A DNA stretch of 62,617 bases, filler included. It is 7 parts of 7 records of this genome, joined end to end, with 100 filler letters (N's around TTAATTAATTAA, not from the genome) between each part and the next. Parts side by side here need not be neighbours in the genome. Positions count along the whole stretch, not along the records: positions 31,682 to 40,039 come from DRR723986_6680; positions 40,140 to 47,455 come from DRR723986_6685; 5 more parts are not named here. One strand, 5' to 3'. Position 1 is the stretch's first letter; each line of letters starts with the position of its first letter. The translations under genes and the position numbers were made by a program. The notes below the pieces were generated by a model. It searched no databases. It saw only the letters and a program-made list of their open reading frames with translations, and was not told where the DNA came from. Shown one piece after another: positions 31,684 to 42,041 of this stretch.

Positions 31684-32025
31684 CTGTCCCAGCTGTCGCG
31701 TCAGGTGGAAAACCGGGACGATAAACGCCCGCAGCTGTCTGACCTTCGGGAATCAGGTTCGATCGAACAGGATGCGGACGTGGTGATGTTCGTGTATCGC
31801 GAAGAATATTATAAAGAACGAGAAAAGCCCGGCGATCACGAGCTCGACAAAATGGAAGAGTGGAAAGCCGCGATGGAGCGGTTGCACGCCAAAGCCGAAG
31901 TCATCGTCGGCAAACAGCGTCACGGTCCCATTGGCACCGTTGAACTATCCTTTGAGGCGCAGTTCACGCGCTTTGGCAACCTTGCCAAAGCATGGCAACA
32001 GGGCGAAGGTGGAGACGGGTATTAA
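31684..32025 (+). CDS. dnaB: Replicative DNA helicase, C-terminal fragment
   Basis: [38 protein letters not shown]. Confidence 0.95.
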   Translation: MSQLSRQVENRDDKRPQLSDLRESGSIEQDADVVMFVYREEYYKEREKPGDHELDKMEEWKAAMERLHAKAEVIVGKQRHGPIGTVELSFEAQFTRFGNLAKAWQQGEGGDGY

Positions 32026-32050
32026 CCCCGTCTAACCACAGGATTTTCAC

Positions 32051-32482
32051 GTGAGCATTCAAGATTTTATGCAGGCCTATCAACGGGTCTGGGAGGCGCA
32101 GGATTCCGAAGGATTTGCTGCGCTCTTTACCCCCAATGGGCAGTATTGGAATACACCGTTTCAAGTGCAAACCGGCCCCCAAGAACTGGCCCACTACTGG
32201 GATCGCATCAAACTGCAGCAGGACATTACCCTAACTCCCAGCGTTCTGGCAGAAACCACTCATGGCGGCGTCGGGCATTGGAACGTCACCTATCAGGTCG
32301 CCAGCGAAGAGCTGTTCCAGATCTGGGCCGCCTCAACCGGCACCGGCCTGCCGGATCGTAAACCGGGTGATCCACTGCCCCGGATGGAGCTGGACGGGAC
32401 CTTAGTTGCCGAATTCGACGCAGCAGGCCTCGCTACCTGCGTGCGGATCTGGTGGCACTCAAACGCGACTATGCCCGGTTGA
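32051..32482 (+). CDS. NTF2/SnoaL-like protein
   Basis: Y.R.WE.QD...FAALFT..G.Y...PF...G..E...YW; C-terminal WW. Confidence 0.75.
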   Translation: MSIQDFMQAYQRVWEAQDSEGFAALFTPNGQYWNTPFQVQTGPQELAHYWDRIKLQQDITLTPSVLAETTHGGVGHWNVTYQVASEELFQIWAASTGTGLPDRKPGDPLPRMELDGTLVAEFDAAGLATCVRIWWHSNATMPG

Positions 32483-32560
32483 ATGGGCTTTCACACGCGC
32501 GGACAAAAAGTGCCCTCGCGCCTCTTGACGACTAGCGTTTGGTCGCGCAGTGATACGATC

Positions 32561-32644
32561 ATGACCTTGAACCTGTCCCCCTTGCCGCTGCGGGTGATCC
32601 TGCCGCGCCACTACGGCCACCGCCGTAAACGTTTCGCCGGATAG
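32561..32644 (+). CDS. Candidate leader peptide (27 aa) upstream of the 2OG-Fe(II) oxygenase
   Basis: MTLNLSPLPLRVILPRHYGHRRKRFAG*; TTGACG -35 at 32525; followed by a GGGGC..GCCCC hairpin. Confidence 0.4.
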   Translation: MTLNLSPLPLRVILPRHYGHRRKRFAG

Positions 32645-32701
32645 CGCGGGGGCGCTTTGCCCCTGATTCAGCCTCCACACGAAACACATAGGGTTCTCTT
32701 T

Positions 32702-33640
32702 ATGACCGAATTCACTGAAATCCCCGTCATTCGACTGGGCGACCGTCCCGATTCCGACATTTCTGCCGATTTCCGCGCCGCCTATGGCACCACCGGGTTT
32801 GGCTATGTCCAAGACCACGGCGTTGAGCCTGCATTGATCGAGGCCGTCTTTGATGCGTCTGCTCGCTTTCACGCTTTGCCACTTGAGGCAAAGATGCAGG
32901 TCGCGGTGGATCGTACCCACCGTGGGTATATTCCGATCAACAGCTCAACTGACGTCAACTCGACCCTGGCCGATGTCACCAAACCCAACCAATCCGCCAG
33001 CTTCATGATGATGCGCGAAGACGCAGCCGCAGACCCGGCAACCTACCTGTCTGGTCCAAATCAATGGCCCGAACTTGAAGGGTTCCGCCCCGCGCTCGAA
33101 GCTTACAGCGCCGCCATGTGCAATCTGGGTCGTCGCTTGATGAAAATTGCACTGCAAGCGGCTGAAATCACCGACACATCCATCCTGTCATCCTTCGACA
33201 CGCCCACCACATGGTTGCGCCTGCTGCACTATCCACCGCAGCCCTCAACCATCGCGGGCGACCTGTATGGTTCTGCGCCGCATACCGATTTCGGCTGCCT
33301 CACCCTGTTGGTGCAAGACGATGTCGGCGGGTTACAGGTCAAGACGCCTGCTGGGAATTGGGTCGACGTGCCCAAACGTGATGGCACCTTTGTGGTCAAT
33401 GTGGGCGACATGCTGAACCGGATGAGCAACGGGCGGCTTTTGTCCACCCCACACAGGGTTATCAATCGATCTGGCCGCGAACGCTACAGCTGCCCTTTCT
33501 TCTTTGATCCGCATGTGCAAACCGTCATCGAACCCTTGCCGGGCACGGGCGCACCCCGCTTTGAACCGCAGATTTTCGGGGATTTCCTGCGAGGTGAGCT
33601 TGAAGCCGCCTATGAGGCCCATAAACCCGTGCGAAAATAG
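32702..33640 (+). CDS. Isopenicillin-N-synthase-like 2OG-Fe(II) dioxygenase
   Basis: LRLLHYPP, HTDFG.LTLL.QD, NVGDML.R.SNG...STPHRV, RYS.PFF. Confidence 0.93.
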   Translation: MTEFTEIPVIRLGDRPDSDISADFRAAYGTTGFGYVQDHGVEPALIEAVFDASARFHALPLEAKMQVAVDRTHRGYIPINSSTDVNSTLADVTKPNQSASFMMMREDAAADPATYLSGPNQWPELEGFRPALEAYSAAMCNLGRRLMKIALQAAEITDTSILSSFDTPTTWLRLLHYPPQPSTIAGDLYGSAPHTDFGCLTLLVQDDVGGLQVKTPAGNWVDVPKRDGTFVVNVGDMLNRMSNGRLLSTPHRVINRSGRERYSCPFFFDPHVQTVIEPLPGTGAPRFEPQIFGDFLRGELEAAYEAHKPVRK

Positions 33641-33686
33641 AGGATTTCCCCCTTGACCTGATGCCTGCCCCTCGCAACAACGGCGC

Positions 33687-34721
33687 ATGAGCACAGCACA
33701 CCTGACCATCGACTTAAATGCGCTCGCCGATAACTGGCGGGCGCTTGACGCAAAAACCTCTGTCGAGACCGCCGCGGTGGTCAAGGCGGATGGCTATGGC
33801 TTGGACGCTGGCCGCGTCGCCAAGGCCCTAAACCGGGCTGGCGCGCGCCAGTTCTTTGTTGCCGCCGCAGAAGAAGGCATTGCCGTCCGCGACGCTGTTG
33901 GGCCTAGCCCCGTGGTGTCTGTGTTTTCCGGACATATGGAAGGCGACGCCGCGCTGTTGCGCGACTATGATCTGACACCGATGATCAATTCGGTCGATCA
34001 AATGCTGCGCCATGTGGAACAGTTACCCCACCACAGCTTTGGTATCCAACTGGACAGCGGCATGAACCGTCTCGGGATTGAACCCGCCGAATGGACTGCC
34101 CTGCGCGACATCGCCCTGCGCCAGATGCCAACCCTCATCATGTCTCATTTGGCCTGCGCGGATGATCCCGATCATCCGATGAACCAGCAGCAATTGCAGA
34201 CCTTTAAAGAGATGACCGCCGATATCAGCGTACCTTTGTCGCTGGCCGCAACTGGTGGCCTGTTGCTTGGTCCTGACTATCACTTTGACCTCTGCCGTCC
34301 GGGCGTGGGTCTCTATGGCGGTGAACCCTATGACGAGGCCAAGGCCGTCGTCACCTTGGATTTGCCAGTGATTCAGGTGCGCGATCTGGAGGCCGGTGAA
34401 ACCGTCGGCTATTCCAACAAATGGCAGGCCAAACGCCCCTCGCGCATCGCCACCGTGGCTGCTGGATATGCCGATGGGCTGATCCGGGCCATTGGCTCCG
34501 GGATCGAAGTGTACGCCGACGACACGCCTTGCCCTGTTGTTGGGCGGGTGTCGATGGATCTGATCACCGTCGATGTTACCGATCTGGACATCGTTCCCGA
34601 CAGTCTGCAAATGCTGAACCGACTTCAGACCGTCGATGATCTGGCCGAAGCCGCCGACACCATCGGCTACGAAATCCTGACCTCGCTGGGTGGGCGCTAC
34701 AAACGGAGCTATCTGGGATGA
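33687..34721 (+). CDS. alr: Alanine racemase
   Basis: [28 protein letters not shown]. Confidence 0.96.
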   Translation: MSTAHLTIDLNALADNWRALDAKTSVETAAVVKADGYGLDAGRVAKALNRAGARQFFVAAAEEGIAVRDAVGPSPVVSVFSGHMEGDAALLRDYDLTPMINSVDQMLRHVEQLPHHSFGIQLDSGMNRLGIEPAEWTALRDIALRQMPTLIMSHLACADDPDHPMNQQQLQTFKEMTADISVPLSLAATGGLLLGPDYHFDLCRPGVGLYGGEPYDEAKAVVTLDLPVIQVRDLEAGETVGYSNKWQAKRPSRIATVAAGYADGLIRAIGSGIEVYADDTPCPVVGRVSMDLITVDVTDLDIVPDSLQMLNRLQTVDDLAEAADTIGYEILTSLGGRYKRSYLG

Positions 34722-35500
34722 ACCCTCTGGCGATCTTGGCGCGGCTCGGGGCTGCGGTCCTGTCGATACTGGCGGTCTTTGGGCGCGTGGCGATCTTTGC
34801 CTTTGGCGCACTGACCCATATTGTCCGCCCGCCCTACTACCCGCGCGAATTCGCCCATGCCCTGCTCAACATCGGCTGGTTGTCCCTGCCTGTTGTTGGC
34901 CTGACTGCGATCTTCACCGGCGGCGCACTGGCGTTGCAGATCTACGCAGGCGGTGCGCGCTTCAATGCCGAGGCCGTCGTGCCCCAGATCGTCGCCATCG
35001 GTATGGTCCGCGAACTTGGCCCGGTTTTGGTCGGGCTGATGATTGCCGCGCGCGTGACCTCCTCCATCGCTGCGGAAATCGCGACCATGAAGGTGACCGA
35101 GCAGATCGATGCGCTGGTCACCCTATCGACCCACCCAATGAAATACCTTGTCGCACCCCGCGTTCTGGCCGCTTTGCTGACCGTACCCGTGCTTGTGGGC
35201 ATCGGCGATATCATCGGCATCGCGGGTGGCTACACCGTTGCGGTCAAAAACCTAGGCTTCAACTCTGCCGCCTACCTGCAAAACACCGTCGATTTTCTTG
35301 AAACACGGGACATCGTATCGTCGCTGGTCAAAGGTGCTGCCTTTGGCGTCATCGCCTCGATCATGGGCTGCTATTACGGCATGAACTCTGGCCGGGGCGC
35401 GCAGGGTGTGGGCCGCGCCACAAAATCCTCAGTCGAAGCCGCCGCCGTCCTGATCCTTGCGGCCAACTTTGTCCTCACCGGAGTGTTCTTTTCCTTATGA
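34718..35500 (+). CDS. mlaE: MlaE-family ABC permease
   Basis: [34 protein letters not shown]. Confidence 0.92.
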   Translation: MNPLAILARLGAAVLSILAVFGRVAIFAFGALTHIVRPPYYPREFAHALLNIGWLSLPVVGLTAIFTGGALALQIYAGGARFNAEAVVPQIVAIGMVRELGPVLVGLMIAARVTSSIAAEIATMKVTEQIDALVTLSTHPMKYLVAPRVLAALLTVPVLVGIGDIIGIAGGYTVAVKNLGFNSAAYLQNTVDFLETRDIVSSLVKGAAFGVIASIMGCYYGMNSGRGAQGVGRATKSSVEAAAVLILAANFVLTGVFFSL

Positions 35501-35958
35501 CCCGACTGACCCTTACCGCATTGACGCTCTGTTTGACCCTGCCTCACGCCGCTTTGGCACAGGATGCTCTGCTCCAGGAATTCAACACTTCCCGGCTTGA
35601 AACCACCATGGGCTTTGATCAAGAGCTGCAACATGTGGCGTTCAAATTCCTCAACGGCAAAACCAAGGCCGAAGCCGAAGCCTTCCTGCACGGCGAAAAA
35701 TTCCGCTGCTTTGACAATATCTGCGAACGGGTGATCCTCGACAAGGAAACCTCGCACGACATCAACAACAGCACCGACCCGAACAAAGGCAAACTGTTTG
35801 GTCTGCGCCATACCGCGCGCGCCACCTTCTCAATTGAACTGCTGGCCGAGGTCATCAAAATGCCCGCGGATCTGCGCGCCAACTTCCGCTATGAAATTGG
35901 CAAAGTTCCGTGGCACCGTCGCCCCAAGGATTCCGATTTCACGGTGCGCTATGATTAA
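35497..35958 (+). CDS. Secreted hypothetical protein inserted between mlaE and mlaF
   Basis: Signal peptide ending AALA; overlaps both neighbours (translational coupling). Confidence 0.65.
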   Translation: MTRLTLTALTLCLTLPHAALAQDALLQEFNTSRLETTMGFDQELQHVAFKFLNGKTKAEAEAFLHGEKFRCFDNICERVILDKETSHDINNSTDPNKGKLFGLRHTARATFSIELLAEVIKMPADLRANFRYEIGKVPWHRRPKDSDFTVRYD

Positions 35959-36697
35959 GCTGGACTCAGTCTATAAATCCTTTGGCGACAACCACGTCCT
36001 GCGCGGCACATCGCTTGAGATTGCTCAAGGCACATCCATGGTCATCATCGGCGGCTCTGGCACCGGGAAATCCGTAGCGCTCAAATCCGTGCTGGGTCTG
36101 ATCACCCCGGATGCGGGCAAGATCTATGTCGATGGCAAAGATGCCTCCAAAGGCGACCGCGACGCGTTTCTGGCGCGCTTTGGGATGCTGTTTCAGGGGG
36201 GCGCGCTGTTTGACTCGCTGCCCGTCTGGCAGAACGTGGCCTTCCGCTTGCTGCGCGGCTCGCTCAAACGTCCACAGGCCGAAGCCCGTGAAATTGCTAT
36301 CGAAAAATTGCGCCGGGTGGGCCTGAAACCCGATGTGGCCGACCGCCTGCCCGCCGAACTCTCAGGCGGCATGCAAAAACGCGTCGGTCTGGCCCGCGCC
36401 ATAGCCGCCGAGCCTGAGATCATCTTTTTTGATGAGCCCACCACCGGTCTTGATCCCATCATGTCCGGCGTCATCAACGACCTGATCCGCGAAATCGTCG
36501 TCGAAATGGGCGCCACCGCGATGACCATCACCCACGACATGTCATCCGTCCGCGCCATCGCCGACAACGTGGCCATGCTGCACGACGGCGTAATCCAATG
36601 GACCGGCCCCGTCGCCGACATGGACGCCTCGGGCGATTCCTATCTGGATCAATTCATCCACGGCCGCGCAGAGGGGCCGATTGAGGCAGTACGTTAG
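35951..36697 (+). CDS. mlaF: MlaF-family ABC ATPase
   Basis: GGSGTGKS, LSGGMQKRVGLARA, FFDEPTTGLDP. Confidence 0.92.
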   Translation: MIKLDSVYKSFGDNHVLRGTSLEIAQGTSMVIIGGSGTGKSVALKSVLGLITPDAGKIYVDGKDASKGDRDAFLARFGMLFQGGALFDSLPVWQNVAFRLLRGSLKRPQAEAREIAIEKLRRVGLKPDVADRLPAELSGGMQKRVGLARAIAAEPEIIFFDEPTTGLDPIMSGVINDLIREIVVEMGATAMTITHDMSSVRAIADNVAMLHDGVIQWTGPVADMDASGDSYLDQFIHGRAEGPIEAVR

Positions 36698-36700
36698 GAT

Positions 36701-37315
36701 TTATTTGTTGAGACAGGCATAAGTGACTGCAACCTTACGGTGGAAAACACCAGTAAGAATAACCGAGCAATCCTTTCCTTCCATTATTACAGGAATTCTC
36801 TCACCTTCTTGCACCTGTCGGTTCGTAACTGAATCAGTAACCGTCAACCAAGCGGAATTAGACAAGATCATACCGACGGATAAATACACTTTACCCGGAA
36901 CCAAAGCCACTGAATCGTGCTCAGAGACAGAAAGCTCCCCAAGTTCTTCGAAATCTTCTTCAATAAGGTGCTGTAACCGAACTTTTTCTGAAATTTCCAG
37001 TTCTAACCGCTTTTCTAACCGACTTAAGCTAATCGTTGCGACATCAACAGAATCCATCAAATTCGAAACTTGACTTTCCAAGTCAACGACACTGGCTCGT
37101 AGTTGCTCTTTTTCTCCAAGTGACTGATCCAGCTGAATCAATCTATCGAAGAATGCCTCAACATCTATCCCACTAACTTTCTGTTGGCTGGCCAGCTTAC
37201 TTTCTAAAACAGACTTCCGTTCTTCAAATAGTTGGTTCGTTACAAAATGTCCGGCAGTGGCTCCAATCGCTAGAACGCCCGTAATTGCTGCCACTGTTTG
37301 CCAGATTGGGAACAT
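36701..37315 (-). CDS. AT-rich hypothetical protein (N-terminal TM + coiled coil)
   Basis: 204-aa ORF convergent with mlaF; composition visibly more AT-rich than its flanks. Confidence 0.6.
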   Translation of the reverse strand: MFPIWQTVAAITGVLAIGATAGHFVTNQLFEERKSVLESKLASQQKVSGIDVEAFFDRLIQLDQSLGEKEQLRASVVDLESQVSNLMDSVDVATISLSRLEKRLELEISEKVRLQHLIEEDFEELGELSVSEHDSVALVPGKVYLSVGMILSNSAWLTVTDSVTNRQVQEGERIPVIMEGKDCSVILTGVFHRKVAVTYACLNK

Positions 37316-37378
37316 TGTTATTCATTGCTTTCGTTACTAAGTGTGTTGAGAATCTAAAAATTTGGTCACTATTACATC

Positions 37379-37831
37379 GTGCTCCTCCGCCTCGCCACCC
37401 TCTCCCTGCTCATCGCCTATCCCATCGCGTGGTTCGCCCCGCTGATGCGCGCCGGATTACTGCCGATCTTTGGCCTGTCTGAAATCAGCGTCATCACTGG
37501 TTTGCAGTCGCTCTGGGGATCGGACGTGGCGCTGGCGTTGATTGTTACCGGCTTTGCCGTCTTTGCCCCCTATATCAAAACCATCGGGCTGGCGCTGGTC
37601 CAATGGGACTTGCTGGACCGGCGTGCGCTGCCTGCATTGCATGTACTTGGCAAGCTCGCCATGGCCGACATTTTCCTGATCGCGCTCTACATCACCCTCG
37701 CCAAAGGGATTTCTTACGCCACCATCGAAACCGCGTGGGGATTATACATGTTCACCGCCTGTATCCTCACCTCGATCGGCCTTGGCCTGTTGACGGAACG
37801 CAACATAAAATCCGTTCACTCCAACCTGTAA
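37379..37831 (+). CDS. Paraquat-inducible protein A family membrane protein
   Basis: SVITGLQSLW, FAV.APY.K, LGKLAMADIFLIA. Confidence 0.8.
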   Translation: MLLRLATLSLLIAYPIAWFAPLMRAGLLPIFGLSEISVITGLQSLWGSDVALALIVTGFAVFAPYIKTIGLALVQWDLLDRRALPALHVLGKLAMADIFLIALYITLAKGISYATIETAWGLYMFTACILTSIGLGLLTERNIKSVHSNL

Positions 37832-37994
37832 TTGATTGAAAAGAAATATTTGTGTAAGATGTTTTCTATTCGAGCAGAGCATTTAGTTTACAGATCCGGA
37901 ATACCAGCGGAGCACCCAAAGTAAGCATAGGCTTATTTTCGCCCATTCCGGTCCATTGAACGACCCATCCGGGTCGCGGCTGGAAAGGATACAT

Positions 37995-38777
37995 ATGTCC
38001 GCCCTACGCAAGCTGATTCTAAATATTCAGGCGCTGTTTATTCGCCTCACACTTTTCCTGATTTGTATTGCCGCCTTGATCGGTGTTGTCGCCACATCTC
38101 TCTCTGCTCTTGGCATCTGGCCGTGGCTCAGCCTTGATGCAGGCGTAAATGGCACCCCCCATCCACAGGCCGGAATGATCGCCCAGATCGGTCTGACAGT
38201 GCTGGCCTTGATGCTGGTGTTCTATCTGCCCGCCAACGCCCGTATTCTGATGCTCGAAAAATCACACCGCGATTTCAGCATCCATATGGATGACGTCACG
38301 CTTGCCTATCACACCGCACACGCCGCGGATCGGGCGGGCACTTTTCAAATCGCCTCTGAATTTGATGCGGTCAAAGAACGATTGGTATTTTTACGCGAAC
38401 ACCCCACACTGGGCGATCTGGAACCGGACGTGTTGGAACTGGCCGCCCAGATGAGCCAGGTCAGTCACGATCTGGCGCTCACCTATTCCGACGAAAAAGT
38501 CTCGCGGGCCCGGACCTTCCTCAAGCAGCGTCAGGAAGAGATGGAGCAATTCACCACCCGCCTGGACGAGGCCAAGATCATCCTGCACGAGTTGCAGCAA
38601 TGGACCCGCGACGTCGAAATCGAAGAATCCATCGCCAAATCACAGCTATCCCGCCTGCGCGAAGAGCTGTTCGAACTCTTGCCAGAGCTGTCAGCACAAC
38701 TGCAAGCGCCCCCAGATGGCACCGACCCCGACGAAGGGTCCGTTGTCCCGATGCAAAGCCCTCAGATCCGCGACTGA
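37995..38777 (+). CDS. Conserved membrane-anchored coiled-coil protein
   Basis: Two TM helices, then LEKSHRDF...AHAADR...EFDAVKERL..LR.HP; usually found near radA. Confidence 0.7.
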   Translation: MSALRKLILNIQALFIRLTLFLICIAALIGVVATSLSALGIWPWLSLDAGVNGTPHPQAGMIAQIGLTVLALMLVFYLPANARILMLEKSHRDFSIHMDDVTLAYHTAHAADRAGTFQIASEFDAVKERLVFLREHPTLGDLEPDVLELAAQMSQVSHDLALTYSDEKVSRARTFLKQRQEEMEQFTTRLDEAKIILHELQQWTRDVEIEESIAKSQLSRLREELFELLPELSAQLQAPPDGTDPDEGSVVPMQSPQIRD

Positions 38778-38785
38778 CCCATCCC

Positions 38786-39376
38786 TTACCCCACCTGCTG
38801 GCCAAGCCACCGCAGATTGCGCGCGACAATCATTTTGTGGGCGGGTGCGACGGGCACCATGTACAGACGCCCCACCCAATTGTGGGTGATCACACTTGAC
38901 GTGATGCACACCGTGCAATCCTGAACGCTGATGCAGGTCATGACATCCAGATGCGTATCGCGTTCGGTCAGGGTCAAAACCTGTGGGCTGATGTGCTCCA
39001 CCAAAAAGAAATCCAGTTTCTGCCCCACCTCGACCTGCGCCGGGGTTGTCCCTGAAAACCCACCGATCCGCTTTACGCGGAACTTTGAAACCACGGCATC
39101 GCGAATGGCAAAGGCGCGCTTAACCACAGGCATGGGCTGACGCATGACCTGACGCCACGCCTCCAAAGCCGTCAGGGGTTGCTTCAAGGTAACAGACTGA
39201 CTGTCCAGAAAGTTCAAGTCCGTCTCTGGCCCGACAATTTGAATGTGCGAGCCCTTCCAATAAAACACAGGACCATTTTCCATTGGCTGACCCTTCTCTC
39301 GTCCTGCGTCGACACTCGTCTCAGTGCTCAGATCCAGCAAGGCTCCAAAACGCCACAGCCTTTGTGTGACACGCAA
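38786..39376 (-). CDS. DUF2867-family protein (start uncertain)
   Basis: FLDSQS, IRD.VV..F.VKRI.GF, D.HLD, V.THN..GRLYM..V.PAHK.IV. Confidence 0.7.
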   Translation of the reverse strand: MRVTQRLWRFGALLDLSTETSVDAGREKGQPMENGPVFYWKGSHIQIVGPETDLNFLDSQSVTLKQPLTALEAWRQVMRQPMPVVKRAFAIRDAVVSKFRVKRIGGFSGTTPAQVEVGQKLDFFLVEHISPQVLTLTERDTHLDVMTCISVQDCTVCITSSVITHNWVGRLYMVPVAPAHKMIVARNLRWLGQQVG

Positions 39377-39502
39377 CCGCGCAGCCCGCCCCCAAGGTCG
39401 CGCCGATGGCCCCTTTTGGGCCTGAGGCGCGACCTCCCCTTTGATTACCCCGTTTCGCAGTCAGGGCTTGAGGCCCCGCCTCTCCTCAGGCACTAAAGCC
39501 CC

Positions 39503-40039
39503 ATGGCAAAGAAATCATTCTCCTGTTCCGCCTGCGGAGCCTCCTTTACGAAATGGTCCGGGCGCTGCGAAGGTTGCGGCGACTGGAACACCATTGCCCA
39601 AGACAAACCACTGTCCGCCGGACCTGCCTCCAAATCGATTGGCAGCAAACGCGGCAACGCCATCGAATTGACCAACCTGTCCACCGAAGAGGCCCCGCCG
39701 CCACGCACGACCTGTGGATTGGGCGAACTTGATCGGGTGTTGGGCGGGGGCTTGGTGCCTGCCTCAGCGATCCTTGTGGGCGGCGATCCCGGCATCGGCA
39801 AATCGACACTGTTGTTGCAGGCCGCTGCGCAATTCGCCAACGCCGGGCTGAAAACCATCTATGTCTCGGGCGAAGAGGCCTCGGCCCAGGTGCGCATGCG
39901 GGCCAAACGTCTTGGGCTCAGTGACGCGCCGGTGCAACTGGCTGCGGAAACCAACCTGCGCGACATCCTCACCACGCTTGAGGCCGAAAAACCCCAACTC
40001 GCCATCATTGATTCGATCCAGACCATGTGGGCCGACAAT
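39503..40039 (+). CDS. radA: DNA repair protein RadA/Sms, 3'-truncated
   Basis: CSACG...KWSGRCEGCG.WN zinc finger; GGDPGIGKSTLL. Confidence 0.97.
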
Positions 40040-40139
40040 NNNNNNNNNNNNNNNNNNNNNNNNNNNNNNNNNNNNNNNNNNNNTTAATTAATTAANNNNN
40101 NNNNNNNNNNNNNNNNNNNNNNNNNNNNNNNNNNNNNNN

Positions 40140-40228
40140 CTTCAGGATGCCCCCTCTCGTGACATTGCTGCGCAATGCACTGCCGGGCAGCGAATGATCT
40201 GCTCTTCGCTGAAACGGCTTTTCCGCAT
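40140..40228 (-). pseudogene. IS3-family orfA 5' remnant interrupted by a ~41-nt palindromic insert
   Basis: MRKSRFSEEQII-[insert]-GGC ATC CTG AAG (GILK). Confidence 0.7.
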
Positions 40229-40312
40229 CGCCTGCTTAAACGCCCGCCAGCGTCGGCTTTCACTTAGAAAGCACTGCTTGCCTTCACGCGCAGCGAAAAT
40301 CCGGAGTCCGCC

Positions 40313-41895
40313 GATGCCGTTGAAAAAGTCTGTGTTGCGCCGCGGCAAGTCTTTCGATTCACTCGACTATGAGGGGATGGGAGGATTTTGGGATGATGGG
40401 CAGGCAAGAGGCTCCGGCGCAGCTGTTCTACGACTTCGATCTGGAGCGGCACGTCCCTGCCAATCACATGCTGCGAGAGATTGATCTGTTCCTTGATGGC
40501 GACAGCCTTCGGGATGCGTTGCGACCTTTCTACAGCCACCTCGGCCGCCCCTCCATCGACCCGGAACTGATCATTCGGATGCTGGTGATCGGCTACGTCA
40601 TGGGTATCCGCTCCGAGCGCCGCCTGTGCGACGAGGTCCACCTGAACCTGGCCTATCGCTGGTTCTGCCGACTGGGGCTGGAAGGGAAGGTTCCGGACCA
40701 CTCGACCTTCTCGCGGTATCGCCATGGCAAGTTCCGGGAAAGCGACCTGCTGCGGCAGGTCTTCGAGGCCACCGTGGAGCGCTGCCTGAAGGAGGACCTG
40801 GTGTCCGGCGAGGGCTTTGCCGTTGACGCCAGCCTGATCTCTGCTGATGCCAACAAGGTCCGGTCGATCGCCGCTGAAGACTGGAGCCCGGAGGTGGCGC
40901 GTGAGGCCGGCAACCGTGCAGCGCGGGAATACCTTGAGACGCTGGATGATGCCGCTTTCGGGGCCGCTTCTCCGAGCCAGCCGAAGTTCGTGGCCAAGTC
41001 CGATCCGGCTGCGCAATGGACCCGGGCCGAAGAAAGCCGCCCCTATTTTGCCTATGCCACCAACTATCTGATCGACACGAAGAGCTCGGTGATCATGGAC
41101 GTTGAGGCGACGCGCGCCATCCGACAGGCCGAGGTCGGGGCGTCTCGCACTATGATCGACAGGACGGAGAAGCGGTTCGGGATCAGGCCCGATTGGCTGC
41201 CGATACCGCCTATAGCAATGCCGAGAACCTTTGCTGGCTGGTCGAGAAGCGCAGCATCATTCCCTTCATCCCGGTTATAGACAAGTCAGTGAGAAACGAC
41301 GGGACGTTCTCCCGGTCTGATTTCGAGTGGGACGAGGCGAATGACCAGTACATCTGCCCCGAGGGTCACGCGCTTAAACAGTTCCGCCGGAATTATTCCG
41401 ACCCGAACCGAGGGCAGGACACCGGTGGACGCAAGAAATACCGCTGCCTGAAAGCGACCTGCCAGGTTTGCCCATCGAAGGAAATCTGCTGCCCGAAGGC
41501 CGATGCGCGATACGTCACCCGGGAACCCCACGAAGAGGCCCGGGAGTTCGCCCGCGAATGCCGAAAGACCAAGGCCTACAAGGTGTCGCGCGACAAACGG
41601 AAGAAGGTCGAGATGCTCTTCGCCCACCTGAAACGCATCCTCGGCCTGACCCGGCTGCGGCTGCGCGGGCCAAACGTCGCCAAGGACGAATTCCTCCTCG
41701 CCGCCATCGCCCAGAACCTCCGAAAACTCGCGAAGCTACGCCCTCAATGCGCGATGCAGGAGGCCGCAGCATGATCTGACCGGCCAGATAGCCGCCTTGA
41801 GGCGGTCAGCAGGGTCGAGGCCCGAACGACTTGGCGTTGCCAGAAGGACCCGAGCCGCGAACTCGGTGATTTCAACCGGATTCTTCAACACAATC
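40313..41895 (+). mobile_element. IS1182-family insertion sequence
   Basis: Imperfect IRs GATGCCGTTGAAAAAGTC / GGATTCTTCAACACAATC; 4-bp target duplication CGCC (40309-40312, 41896-41899). Confidence 0.85.
40393..41774 (+). pseudogene. IS1182 transposase split by a frameshift near 41195
   Basis: GRPSIDPE..IRML, PDHSTFSR, VDAS in frame 1 of the pair; AADTAY...KKVEMLFAHLKR...RLRLRG...AAIAQNLRKL in the second. Confidence 0.9.
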
Positions 41896-42041
41896 CGCCC
41901 TTCGCGACCAATGCTGCAAGGAGCACGAACGCCCGAAGTGGAGCTCGGACTCGCTGTTCGCCGCAGATCGCCTGAACGTCAGGCTTTGAAGTTGGCGAGG
42001 CCGTCCAAGGACTTTGTAGCCCTCGCACACCGCAACAGACT

